This document shows, in pieces, positions 1 to 10,555 of a stretch of DNA of 64,000 nucleotides (position 1 is its first letter; every line of letters begins with the position of its first letter). Where the stretch lies: NCBI GenBank assembly GCA_963739305.1, contig CAVTZU010000011.1, forward strand, positions 1 to 64,000. The letters are read 5' to 3'. The translations under genes were made by a program, and so were the position numbers. The notes under the pieces are model-generated. The model saw only the letters and a program-made list of their open reading frames with translations. It was not told the DNA's origin and ran no database searches. The DNA comes from Candidatus Bathyarchaeota archaeon (GTDB lineage: Archaea > Thermoproteota > Bathyarchaeia > Bathyarchaeales > Bathycorpusculaceae).

Positions 1-149
1 CGTTAATGCGTCGCAGCGCGCGCCGCCACATACGTTGGAAACACAAATGCGATCAATGGAGCAACTCATACAATCACCGTGACATACTATTACTAAGCGC
101 GCGCGCCAATCACAATTCGTAAATATTCGGTTCCACTATTCCTTCACTT

Positions 150-1685
150 GTGGGAACAATGAGATCTTCAACCATAGTTGTTGTTCTCTTGTTCTCTGTG
201 TGTTTGGTATTTTGGTGCTCAGGAACCTATGATGCTCATGCGGATGTCGGAACAGTGTATATCAGAGGCGACGGTTCGATTGACCCTCCAATCACTGAAC
301 TTTCGTCAAGCGATAACGTAACCTACTCATTGACTGGGAATCTCAGCAGTTGCATAGTGATTGAAAGAAACAATATTGTGCTCGACGGAGCAGGATACAC
401 GATTTTAGGAGGGGGAAGTGGAAATGGTATTGAGTTGTCAGGAAGAGACAATGTGACAATAATGAATGTTGAAATAAGAGGATTTTATCAGGGGATTCTG
501 ATCTTCAACCTTTCCAGCAATAACAATGTCTTCGGCGTTAGAGCCATAGACAATTCTTATTGTGGCATAAATGTAGATTCTTCAACGAACAATAATGTTA
601 CGGGAAACATGGTCGTGAACGGTAATGAAGTGCTTGCACAAGGCATTTTGCTCGCGAATGCTGAACACAATTCGGTAAGCAGAAACCACGTAGAAGGAAA
701 CGAACTCTATGGATTAAACTTGATATTCGCATCGAACAATTTGGTAGATAGTAACAACGTTTCAAACAGCGGTGCTGAAGGAATCCTACTATGGATGTCA
801 TCATATAACAATGTAATATGTGGAAACAAAGTGACTCAATGTAGGGTTGGAATCGAAGTGAGTTATTCTTCAAACAGCAACTTGATACTCCAGAATGACT
901 TCTCAATGAATAATTGGTCAGGCGTCAATATTGGCTTTCGGATACCTGAATCAGGACCAGAACAAGGTGGTGTTGCAAATAATTCCTTCATTGAAAATAG
1001 CGTGACGGACAATAACGTGGGCATCTATCTCATCTACTCAAGGAATAACACGATTCTACGAAACAACGTTCAGGGGAGCAATGCAAGCATCATCGTGTAT
1101 GGGTCATATGCAAACATTTGGGATGATGGGTATCCTTCTGGCGGTAACTACTGGAGCGACTACAATGGAACTGATGCAGACCATGATGGAATAGGCGATT
1201 CAGAATACTCAATTGACACAAACAATGTAGACCATTATCCTTTGATGGGCATGTTCAACAGCTACAATGTCACTTACTACACACTGCCTATCGTGCTTCA
1301 TCTCTGCAACGTAGATGTGGTTTCCAATTCCACGATTTCGGATTTTGTTGCTCCAATTTGGCTGGAACACCCAGAGGTCATATTCCTATGGTTCAATGTT
1401 AGCGGAGCAGAAGGTTCGAACGGCTTCTGCAGGGTCTCCTTCCCAACAGCCATGATGAATGGCACATATCACGTGCTCTTAAACGGCACTGAAATTCCAT
1501 ACACTTTGCTACCATGCTCAGACGCCAACACGAGCTACCTATACTTCAACTACACACATTCAGCGCAAGAAGTAATCATCATTCCAGAGTTTCCATCATT
1601 CCTTATTCTACCTACATTCTTAATGGCAACACTGCTTGCAGTCGCAACCTACAGAAGAAAGCATGGTGGACTATTCAAGAAATAG
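150..1685 (+). CDS. Secreted NosD/pectin-lyase-like right-handed beta-helix surface protein with C-terminal PEF-CTERM-type anchor
   Basis: Signal peptide; Asn-rich repeats (GIxLxxSxNNxIxxN); WDDGYPSGGNYWSDY..D.D.DGIGD motif; ends IPEFPS + TM helix + RRKH. Confidence 0.85.
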   Translation: MGTMRSSTIVVVLLFSVCLVFWCSGTYDAHADVGTVYIRGDGSIDPPITELSSSDNVTYSLTGNLSSCIVIERNNIVLDGAGYTILGGGSGNGIELSGRDNVTIMNVEIRGFYQGILIFNLSSNNNVFGVRAIDNSYCGINVDSSTNNNVTGNMVVNGNEVLAQGILLANAEHNSVSRNHVEGNELYGLNLIFASNNLVDSNNVSNSGAEGILLWMSSYNNVICGNKVTQCRVGIEVSYSSNSNLILQNDFSMNNWSGVNIGFRIPESGPEQGGVANNSFIENSVTDNNVGIYLIYSRNNTILRNNVQGSNASIIVYGSYANIWDDGYPSGGNYWSDYNGTDADHDGIGDSEYSIDTNNVDHYPLMGMFNSYNVTYYTLPIVLHLCNVDVVSNSTISDFVAPIWLEHPEVIFLWFNVSGAEGSNGFCRVSFPTAMMNGTYHVLLNGTEIPYTLLPCSDANTSYLYFNYTHSAQEVIIIPEFPSFLILPTFLMATLLAVATYRRKHGGLFKK

Positions 1686-1700
1686 AAAAAAAGGAATTGT

Positions 1701-1759
1701 GCGGGAGACAGTGGCGACGTCTCCAGGGGTTCGTGGGTTCAAGTCCTACCTCCCCCACC
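1701..1759 (+). pseudogene. Degenerate tRNA-Leu-like remnant (variable arm end, T-arm, 3' acceptor strand)
   Basis: AGGGGTTC-GTGGG-TTCAAGT-CCTAC-CTCCCCC-ACC resembles archaeal tRNA-Leu 3' halves; no D arm or anticodon arm. Confidence 0.55.
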
Positions 1760-1942
1760 TTTATAAGCAAAAATAAGGGGGGTTTAGCGCGCATAACACT
1801 TTGGAACAAAAGATGGATTTTGATATATTGCTCTTTTTTGCTGCTATTCTGAATTGGAACAAAAAGGGTCGTCAAAACCCTGGTAACTGTTTAGCGCACG
1901 CATGTTATCCGCGAGGTTTGCGCGCTAGCCTGAAAACGCGCG

Positions 1943-2221
1943 CTAGGACTCGACTTTTGGCGCTCTCACGTGTGTCGATTTGTAGTCATTCAGAACACCC
2001 ACGATGCCAACTACCAACGCACACAATCCGAAAACTACGAAAGGAAATACTAGTCTTGCGTATGGCGTTACCCAAAACTGAATCAGCGGCATTCCCATCT
2101 GATCGCGCCCTGCAGAAAGTTGTCGGTAATTCTGTGCGTATGCTCCTGCGGAAAGAAGAATGATTCCTAGGACTATTCCAATAATGCCTATTGGCAACCA
2201 ATTCATATGCGCACGTGTCAA
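1943..2221 (-). CDS. Small two-TM membrane protein
   Basis: Two hydrophobic helices; start may be the downstream Met (MNWLPIG). Confidence 0.6.
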   Translation of the reverse strand: MTRAHMNWLPIGIIGIVLGIILLSAGAYAQNYRQLSAGRDQMGMPLIQFWVTPYARLVFPFVVFGLCALVVGIVGVLNDYKSTHVRAPKVES

Positions 2222-2278
2222 AAGGTTATCCTCAAAAAACTACATGTAGTAGAATAGAAAAGCTTGTCGTCGCTCGCG

Positions 2279-2497
2279 CTATTCAAAAGTCTCAATCAAG
2301 TCGCGTACCGCCAGTGCCTTGGAAGAAGTTTCATTGAATTTGTAATATTGGGTTCGCTTGCCAAACTCGCCGTGGAACATGCTCTTCTGATTCATTTGAT
2401 TCAGCAATGATGCCGCGCGCTGACAGAACATTTGTTCACAAGGGTTAAGTAGAGGTGATACCGATAGCAGCATGAAGGGTGTGCTTCCAATTTTCAC
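2279..2497 (-). pseudogene. Possible truncated winged-helix protein remnant
   Basis: C-terminal FGKRTQYYKFNETSSKALAVRDLIETFE resembles a wHTH wing plus helix; N-terminus not convincing. Confidence 0.3.
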
Positions 2498-2608
2498 GCA
2501 GGGTTAATTCGTTAACCTCTCTTAACCTCTTTGATTCATCCCTTCGGAGCGCCAGGTCGGGGCGTGATGAAATTAAATGCCTAAGTTAAAAAGGAGAAAG
2601 GAGCAAAA

Positions 2609-3628
2609 ATGAAAAGCAAAACTGTGCTCGTTCTGGCTCTAGGAGCATTATTGTGCGTCATGACGTTCACAGCATTCCAGGTTCCACCGGCTAAAGCAAG
2701 AAATATACCAATCTTAGACTTGTCCCCTAACCAGCCAACTGTCATTTATGGGAACAGCTTGTACGAAGTTACACTGACCAACGCAGTGCAGGGGGACAAA
2801 ACCGCCGTCAGCTTCCGCGTTAGTGTTCCAACGGCGTTAGGGTCGCTAGACCTGTTTGCTTGGCAAGCGACTTTTACGTGGGATGTAGCAGACCTGAAAA
2901 TTGACAGCATTGTACGGGGCACGGAACCAGCTATCATGGTTACGCCAGGTAGTATAATTGACGGGGTACTGGGAACAGTAATGTACGGCGGAGCTTGCGT
3001 GGATAGGACTCAAAAAGTGCAGGTCCTAAGTGGGATGGACTTAGTACTGTTCACAGTCATTTTCGAAGTTACCTCTTCGAACCCCCCGTCCCCCCTCAGC
3101 ATATTCACAGCCCCTCCGCTCGTTGAGTTATTCGGGTTAAGTGATGATGGCAACGGTTGGCCTCCTGGAACTGACCCGTGGAACGGTATCCCAGAGTTCA
3201 CAACATACGCCATCTGGCCCGACGTCAACCACGATGGAGTCATTAACATTTATGACGGCATATTATTTGCAAATCATTGGGGTACCTATAACAGCGCTTA
3301 CGACTTCGATAATGACGGCTATGTGGACATATTCGATTTTGCCATACTCCAAGCCGACTGGGGCAAGACTAACACAGGTGCACACTGGGGAGACACAAAC
3401 ACCCTATACGGCATTACCGCGATACCTGTGGTGGGCCTGGGTTACCCCGGCGACGTAAACGGCGATGGCACTGTTGACATCTACGACGCAATAATACTTT
3501 CGGGCGCATACAACTCTAAGCCAGGATATGGCAACTGGAACCCTAGCGCGGACATCAACAAGGACGGTATTGTGGACATCTACGACGCAATAATCCTAGC
3601 AAGCTACTATGTCCAACCCAAAACATAA
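2609..3628 (+). CDS. Secreted cohesin-like domain plus two dockerin-like (paired EF-hand) domains
   Basis: Signal peptide; LFAWQATFTWD cohesin-like motif; four Ca-loop motifs DVNHDGVINIYD, DFDNDGYVDIFD, DVNGDGTVDIYD, DINKDGIVDIYD; GGAG RBS upstream. Confidence 0.8.
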   Translation: MKSKTVLVLALGALLCVMTFTAFQVPPAKARNIPILDLSPNQPTVIYGNSLYEVTLTNAVQGDKTAVSFRVSVPTALGSLDLFAWQATFTWDVADLKIDSIVRGTEPAIMVTPGSIIDGVLGTVMYGGACVDRTQKVQVLSGMDLVLFTVIFEVTSSNPPSPLSIFTAPPLVELFGLSDDGNGWPPGTDPWNGIPEFTTYAIWPDVNHDGVINIYDGILFANHWGTYNSAYDFDNDGYVDIFDFAILQADWGKTNTGAHWGDTNTLYGITAIPVVGLGYPGDVNGDGTVDIYDAIILSGAYNSKPGYGNWNPSADINKDGIVDIYDAIILASYYVQPKT

Positions 3629-3645
3629 TCCCTTTTTTTCTTTTC
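3629..3645 (+). terminator. Oligo-T archaeal terminator candidate
   Basis: TCCCTTTTTTTCTTTTC directly after the stop codon. Confidence 0.5.
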
Positions 3646-3759
3646 AAGAAACGCGCTGGGAATCATCGAAATAACGAAGAGTGACCTAGTTACCACGTTT
3701 TCTTTTTGACCCGGTAGAGTTCAACGTACCCACAATGTTAGCGCGTGCGTAAGTTGCGT

Positions 3760-5787
3760 TCAAATTGATTTGATCTGTGATACTCCGTTTTTCTTTTCGA
3801 TTCTCATGACTTGGTCGGCGAAGCTTTCGAGTTCCTTCTCATGTGAAACCATGACGACTTGGGGGCACTTGAGCTCGTCAAGTATCTCCCTGATCTTGTA
3901 TAGCTGTTCTTTGCTGAAGCCGTCAGTTGGTTCGTCCAAGATGAGGAGGTTCGATTTGATTCCGGCTGAGACTTTTTGTACGATGGTGTTCAATGAGAGT
4001 CGGTAAGCTAGAGCGAGGCTGGTCTTCTCACCGCCGCTGAGGAAGTTGTAGTCTTGTTCATATCCGTCTTGTTCGACCAACGGCGTAAAATCCTCGTCTA
4101 TTCTGGACTCCTTGCTAGGGTCTTCTACTAGCATGCTCCACCATTTCTGAAAATGCTGGTTAAACTCTTGATTTATGTTAATCATCACTTGTTTCTCAAT
4201 CATCTCCAGAGTCGGCATCAAGTACTCCTCAAGCCACATCTGATACTCTTTCAGCCTCTCTGACGCTTTCCTCTCGTTCTCTTTACGTTGAATTTCCCTT
4301 ACCAATTCTTCGACTTGATTCGGAGAGGACAAAGCGTTGCTTGAATTCCAGAAATCTTCTTTTCGACTCTCTCTCAACTCCAATGTTCTTCTGTCGAGTT
4401 CTTTTGAGAATTCTTCGGTCTCAGCTGATATCTTGGTGAATTCTTCTATTTCGTGTCGGGCCTTCAGAAGCTTTTCTTCCCGCTCCTTAACCTGTTCCTT
4501 CAGCTTCTGAACACTTTCGCTGTTCTTCTTTATTCTACGTTTGTTTTCTTCGATCTATCGTGCAGAGTCTGAAGCTTGTTTTGGCTTTCCTCGTATTTTC
4601 TGAGCGAACGTTGCAAGGTCTTCCAACTGTCTAATCCTTGTTTCGCAGGCAGCCATATTCTGTTGAGAACTTCTGGTTTTCCTCTCTTTTCAGTCGGATC
4701 TTTTCTTCGAACTCCTTTGGATCGGCAGGTCTATCGCAGGTCGGACAGACTTTGTTTCTTTCAACAGATTCATAATCGCTTATCTTTGAATCTATGGCCC
4801 CCTGAATCTTTCCAAGCTCGCGTTCTCTGCTCCGCAGCAGTCTTCAATTCTTCTTCTAGCTCAGCCTCAGTTTTTGTGGTCGGCTGCTGCACAGCACCAG
4901 CCTTTCTGCCTCGGGCTGCAACTTCTCTATTTCCGACGTCCACTTTCGCTGCGTCATTCTCGAGGGCCAGCTATTTCATCGTTTTTCTCTCTTATTTGTC
5001 CTTCAAGCAGAGGAACTTCACCGGCTGCTTTTCCAAGCGATTCCTTGCTTTTCCGCAACGTCTCGACTTTCTCTCGCAGCGCAACCACTTTTTCGTCAAG
5101 CTCAGCCTTCTCCTCGTTGAGACGTGCCAATTCACCCTCGCATTTTCCGATTTCTGCCTTCTTCGCCTTCCACTTCTCCCGACAGCTCTCAAGGTCTGAC
5201 GAACGCGCAGAAAGCCTATTCGACTTATCTTTGATCGAACGAGCCAATGTCGAGGAATTGTCGAGTGCAACCCTGTAATCTTCAATCCTGAACGCTCTTC
5301 TAAGAGTCTGAAGCCTCTGGTCTGCTCTCATCCATATGATTGCCTTCATCTCTTCCTGCGGTGTGAAAATGGCGTATCTGAAGATGACGCTTCCAGCCTT
5401 CGGGTCAGCAGGCTCGTTGAAAGCAAGTACGTCTAGAACCTTCTCTTTCATCTCGGAAGCTGAGAGTTGCATGATCGTGCCTTCAGTCTTGAAGGTACAA
5501 TCGACCTGTTGCACGCCTTTCGCCTTTCTCTGAAGGCTACGGCAAACTTCATACTCCTTCCCATCAACCTCAAAACCAAGTGTCACAAGCCCTTTCTTTG
5601 CGCCCGCCTTGAGCAAGGCGCCTCCCTTCTCAGAGCCTAAGCCGAAGAGCGCAAACTCGATCGCCATAAGAATCGTGGATTTCCCCGAGCCGATATCGCC
5701 CTCAAACAACGTTGTGCCCATTGGAAAATTGACCGTTTGCTCATTGTAGCTTCTGATGTTCTCCAGCCTGAGAAATCTGAGTATCAT
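3760..5787 (-). CDS. rad50: Rad50 SMC-like ATPase, split by several frameshifts
   Basis: Walker A GDIGSGKS (ORF 4954-5787); zinc hook CPTCDRP readable near 4720-4750; signature LSGGEK and Walker B LILDEPT (ORF 3760-4383). Confidence 0.9.
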
Positions 5788-7042
5788 CAGCCTTCACCAG
5801 TCAAGCCCAACGTGTCCCATGCGTGCTTCTGAACTCGTTCCTCGTAGTCCTTCTTTGCCTCGTTGACCTTCTGCCCCTGCCTCAGTATCTTAAGCAAGTC
5901 TTCGGCAAGCTTCGCTCCTTTGGCATCCTTCAGCTCTTCAACCGAAACCTTAACCGCACCTATATTTTCTCTCAGGAGCCTAGTCTCAATCGCCGAAGAA
6001 TCTTCACCAGCAGCTTTAATCGCAGCGTAATCCTTTGACGTTAGCCCATAACGGTTTATTATGACATCAAGGGCACCGTTGTCCTTCAATAAATCTCTGA
6101 TTTCGCTTGAACTGATCTCTGAAGTCTTCCCGCCTGCCAGTTCGCCTCTTATCTTTACGATAACAACCTTGTTCTCTGCCCTCGATCTTGCCCAGCTTTT
6201 CCAGCATGTCCTTCTTGGCCTGCAACACATTCTTGTCAGACACGTCATACTCAAAGTATTCAAACTCGCAAACAGGCACTTCCACGAACCTTACGTCTTC
6301 GACTTTGTCGTCGAAGCTAACCATGTAGAAGCCTCTCTTTTCTCCTCGCGCACTGTCCTCCAAGTCTCTAGAATACCCAGCGAATAAGGCTCCTGGAAAA
6401 ACTATTCGTTCATGCCCTGCGAACCCGGACTCTGTCCTCCGATGCACGTGACCGCTCGCGTAATAATCAAAACCCTTGGGAAGGAGGGACACGGGGATAG
6501 ATTCCATCTGGGCCAGAAACTCGGGCTTAAGCTCCGAGATTGCGCTGTGAAACGCGAATATCTTGAACCCCGGCTGCTTCTCCAAGTATTCTCTGTCAAG
6601 AATCTCATAATAGTTCTTCTCCAATCCCGCTTTTCTGCCCGATATTCCCACGAGCTTCGCTTTCGTCTTCGGATCCGTGAACACTTCCAAGCCTGAGCTT
6701 TCCGTCAACATCCTCGCCCTTCACTATCTTCTTGATCAGACCCGTGCTCTCTAGAATGTCGATTATCGACGTGTCGTTGGGACTGTAATCATGGCTTCCA
6801 TAGATGACATAGATGGGTATGCCAGCATCCTTGACCTGCCTCATCTTCTTCACAGCCTCATTCGCAACGTGCATGTCCGGAAGGTTTGCATGGAACAGAT
6901 CACCGGATATCAGAACGAAATCAACCTTTTCTTGCACGCAGATTTCCATGGCCTTACTGAACGCAGCCAGCTCCAGCGTCTCCAGAGCCGGAGCCCGGTT
7001 TGCGCCTATGTGACAATCCGCGATGTGAGCAAACTTGAACAT
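5787..7042 (-). CDS. mre11: Mre11 nuclease, in three frameshifted fragments
   Basis: Phosphoesterase motifs AHIADCH, GDLFH, GSHD, FH, GHVH spread over ORFs 6605-7042, 6067-6711 and 5787-6263. Confidence 0.9.
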
Positions 7043-7045
7043 AGC

Positions 7046-8587
7046 CTATCCCACAAACACGGTCTTGCTCTTCTCTTTTGCCGGCTGGCTCTCTTCAACG
7101 TACTTTTCAAACAAAGGTATCTGAATAGGCACGGCAAATCTTGTGAAGTTGCTGCTCACAATGGCTTCGCCCTTGTCAAGACTTGCAATCGTTCTGTCGT
7201 CGGACGACAGATCTTGAGCCGCGCTCTCCATAACCGCTTGTCTTTCAGCTGCCAGCTCGTTTCCAAGGATTATCTTCGTGTTCATGTTGGCAAGAATCGT
7301 GCGTGGAATCAGACTGACCAGCTGCGTTATCGCGATCAAGCCCACCTTGAACTTCCTTCCTTCCCTTGCAATCGTGCTGTAAATGTTGTCTCCACGAGCA
7401 GTGAGCACCTCTGAGCCTAGCACTCTGGGGGCTTCTTCAATCACGACGCTGACAACGGGCTTTTCCTCCAATGTTCCTTCTGACTTATACCTCTGATATC
7501 GATGGAAGATTCCGCCAGAGATTATGCTTCCGATCAGCAGCTCAGCCTCGTCAACCAGCCTTGACGTGTCAATAACTACCTTCTTACCGTCCTCAAGAGC
7601 CTTCGTAATCTCCTTAGTGGTGGCCAAACCTGCGGTGTCGCTGAAAACGCCGCTTCTACATTGGAAGTTACCGCTGTCGTCTATGTAAACACCCAGAACA
7701 TTATCGAATCTCCTCTTCAACACCTCAAGCGTCCTAGGGGCAACAAGATCACCAATATCCGTTCCCCGCACAATATTCTCAATCCACTGGTCTCCAAACC
7801 TGTTGTGGAACAGAGTAATGGCATCGTGCTGAGCATCAGTGAATGCGACTATTCCCTGGAAGTGCCCAGGCAAAATCGATCTGAGATTTATTACAAGAGT
7901 ATTTGTCCCCGGAACGGGCGTCGTGGAATAATACAGCAAACTATGTTTCGCAGCAGGGTGATCCTTCAGCCCTTTGCCGTGCCTGCCGTAGTACTCGTCG
8001 TGAGGATCCAGAACCAATATGCCCATAGAATCCTGGGCCAGAACGCTCCACAACATGACCTTGACCAAGTTGCTCTTTCCTCTTCCAGTCGTAGCCGGAA
8101 TCAGCACGTGATGTGTCAGCATGTCTTCGCCGTTAACGTACACACCTACGTCGATCACCTTCGACCCGCTCCGAACCTTTCCCAGATACACAGGGTTCTT
8201 TGGCTTAGTAAGAAACCACAGATCCTTCTCAGTAACGTGCCTGATCGTTGAAAAGAATGCGGGAAGAGTCTTGGGTATTTTCGGCTCGCTGTCCTTGCTC
8301 ACTCGCAAGACAGCTTTGATTTGTGCTATGACATAGTTCCTCAATTGCGGCTCAAGAAACTCCATGTTGGCACCTACACCTTCAAGTTTCATGCCAGCCA
8401 AGAGCTCTCGAACCAACTGCGGAACCTGGCTTCCATATAGAAGCTCGAAAGCCTGAAGAAGAACATATCCTCCGTCCTCCTCGGCTACGAGAAGGTCTCC
8501 GATCTCTATCTCTCCACCTGCCTTCTCCCTTGCCAAAATCTGTCCGGTTTTTCCAGCGATTATCTGACCCGAAACTTCCAACGCCAT
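7046..8587 (-). CDS. herA: HerA helicase/ATPase
   Basis: HAS-barrel-like N-terminus; ATTGRGKS; DPHDEY; IEEA; AREGRKF; adjacent to mre11 and nurA. Confidence 0.9.
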   Translation of the reverse strand: MALEVSGQIIAGKTGQILAREKAGGEIEIGDLLVAEEDGGYVLLQAFELLYGSQVPQLVRELLAGMKLEGVGANMEFLEPQLRNYVIAQIKAVLRVSKDSEPKIPKTLPAFFSTIRHVTEKDLWFLTKPKNPVYLGKVRSGSKVIDVGVYVNGEDMLTHHVLIPATTGRGKSNLVKVMLWSVLAQDSMGILVLDPHDEYYGRHGKGLKDHPAAKHSLLYYSTTPVPGTNTLVINLRSILPGHFQGIVAFTDAQHDAITLFHNRFGDQWIENIVRGTDIGDLVAPRTLEVLKRRFDNVLGVYIDDSGNFQCRSGVFSDTAGLATTKEITKALEDGKKVVIDTSRLVDEAELLIGSIISGGIFHRYQRYKSEGTLEEKPVVSVVIEEAPRVLGSEVLTARGDNIYSTIAREGRKFKVGLIAITQLVSLIPRTILANMNTKIILGNELAAERQAVMESAAQDLSSDDRTIASLDKGEAIVSSNFTRFAVPIQIPLFEKYVEESQPAKEKSKTVFVG

Positions 8588-8594
8588 TCCATCA

Positions 8595-9743
8595 TCAACC
8601 CTTCAACACATCTAACACGCCGTGAGCGTCACCCGAGCAAACGTGCCTCGATATCTTCTTCCACATACCACGCTTGGACAATTCGGACATAAGCGGCACC
8701 CTGTAAGCATCTATCTCGTCACCGCTCACTCTGGCAAAACTGTCAGCGTCTATTAGACCGTATGGATATCCCGGAAAGCTTATGTCTTTCGAATTGCTGG
8801 CCAAGGCTGAAGTGACCTTGCAAAGGTCTTCTTCACTCATTTTCCTCGCCTGCTCGCCATAAATCTCGTACCTGAAAACGTACCTGGCACTCTCGTGAAG
8901 CTTGACCACGTAAATGAAGGCGTTATGCAAGACGTTAGCGACCTTGGCTATCGGAAGACACCAAGGCCCCTTCACCGCGTAATCCTCAGCCAACTTCTGC
9001 ACTGCACCCAACAGTGAAAGACCAGTAGTCGTGAACAGCGTACTCGTCTTTGAAATTCCAGCAAAAATGACTCCTTTCTCCATCGTTGCTTCGACTGCTC
9101 GCGCCAAGTACTTATACTCATTAGTGAGACTCGTCTGCAAACTGCCGTCATGAACTATCATATCTCCCTTTTCAAGCTCACTTTCAATAACATGCTTAGA
9201 AAATTCCCATTCAGCAAACCTTCTCGCAACAGAAGCAACATGCCTTATATCCGCCCTCTGATTTCCAAGCGTGACCGTTCTGTCAAGCGAACTGAACGAC
9301 AAGAGCTGATCAGGAACTAAGCCCTCGAACTCATGTTTCAAGGGAAAGACAGAGGTGTCATAGAATATCCCGTTATCTCTAAAGCTTGCCGTCGTAACAG
9401 AGTAGAACTCTACCTTTCTAGGCAAGATCTTAGGAAGAATTCTTTCTCGGCCTTTGAAAACGTTGAAGTACACCCTGTTTATTTGAGCTGAAAAGTTCGG
9501 TGCACCAATTATTTCCTGGTTCCCACCATCCAAGAAGGCCGTGCGGATGCTCGGTTCCACGTCCTTGATTGGAACAAAATTGGAGGAAGGAAACGGCAAC
9601 GTTTCATAGTCTGGATTGCCGAAATACGGCTGACCTAAATCGTCTTCCATAACGCTTGAGTCCAAAAACTCCGCGATTCTGCTAGAAATCTCCCTGGACA
9701 TCTGTCGATCACATGAATATTCAAACTTCCTTGTTAAAAGCAT
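8595..9743 (-). CDS. nurA: NurA 5'-3' nuclease (probable start 9701)
   Basis: FLDGG, HDGSL, GISKTS and [15 protein letters not shown] motifs. Confidence 0.88.
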   Translation of the reverse strand: MLLTRKFEYSCDRQMSREISSRIAEFLDSSVMEDDLGQPYFGNPDYETLPFPSSNFVPIKDVEPSIRTAFLDGGNQEIIGAPNFSAQINRVYFNVFKGRERILPKILPRKVEFYSVTTASFRDNGIFYDTSVFPLKHEFEGLVPDQLLSFSSLDRTVTLGNQRADIRHVASVARRFAEWEFSKHVIESELEKGDMIVHDGSLQTSLTNEYKYLARAVEATMEKGVIFAGISKTSTLFTTTGLSLLGAVQKLAEDYAVKGPWCLPIAKVANVLHNAFIYVVKLHESARYVFRYEIYGEQARKMSEEDLCKVTSALASNSKDISFPGYPYGLIDADSFARVSGDEIDAYRVPLMSELSKRGMWKKISRHVCSGDAHGVLDVLKG

Positions 9744-9827
9744 ATTTCAACAATGCAGGCACGAGTCTGGCGCGATCAGCTCGTGCGCAACAGCTGGCAC
9801 CGACGAATCTGGAAGTGCATGTGCACT

Positions 9828-10343
9828 CTATCTAGTGGCCCTTACGACTATTGTGTTAGAGAGATAGTTGAACAGCCTTTGTCTCCGTGAAGGATAAAGA
9901 AACCAGCCTACGATAACGTCTATAGGAAGCAAAAAGGCTTTTCCGATGCTTTCGACCGCAGCTTGACCCAAGTTAGGAACGCGACCATCCAGTCGAGCTA
10001 TTTTGATCCTCATGATAATCTTGCCGAATGATTGACCATACATTCCTTCTGACAACATCCAATAAAGAAAGTAGACAACGTTGCTCGCCCCAAAGTCGGA
10101 GAACGGAAACCATCCTGGCAACCCAGTGGGCCAAGCATATCCAGGCCAGGCAGTCCAGACAAACGCTCTGAGTAACCACACGATAGCACCAGCAATTGCG
10201 ATGTCTATGATCCAAGCAACAAAACGTTCACCCCAATAAGCCAACTTAGGCTGCTCAACGGCTTGCTTCGCCGGTGTTCCACACTTCGGACAGAAACTAG
10301 CCCCCTCGGGCAGTTCACTCCCACAATTGCTACAGTTAGCCAC
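9828..10343 (-). CDS. Zinc-ribbon plus RDD family membrane protein
   Basis: CSNC..FCPKCG ribbon; ERFVAWIID; GQSFGK; RQRLF..L..TIVV. Confidence 0.85.
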   Translation of the reverse strand: MANCSNCGSELPEGASFCPKCGTPAKQAVEQPKLAYWGERFVAWIIDIAIAGAIVWLLRAFVWTAWPGYAWPTGLPGWFPFSDFGASNVVYFLYWMLSEGMYGQSFGKIIMRIKIARLDGRVPNLGQAAVESIGKAFLLPIDVIVGWFLYPSRRQRLFNYLSNTIVVRATR

Positions 10344-10555
10344 AGTTACAGCCTTCTTTCGAGAGAGCCATTATCCGAACAGATATTTATCTTTCTCCCA
10401 CTTCTCCGTTGAAAAGGAGCCAGATGATCGTCAAGCAAACGAAGAGCAGAGGTCAAATAAGCTCTCACGCGATCATGCCTTTGGAAAAACAGGCTTAAGA
10501 ACTCCGCCGAGACACTAGTAATATACAGGCATCAACGCCATTCGAGGAGATACGA

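Noticed and set aside
1-96. Tail of an upstream gene ending ...THTITVTYYY-stop
   Set aside because: Plausible, but that frame has a stop at 4-6 and the context lies outside the window.
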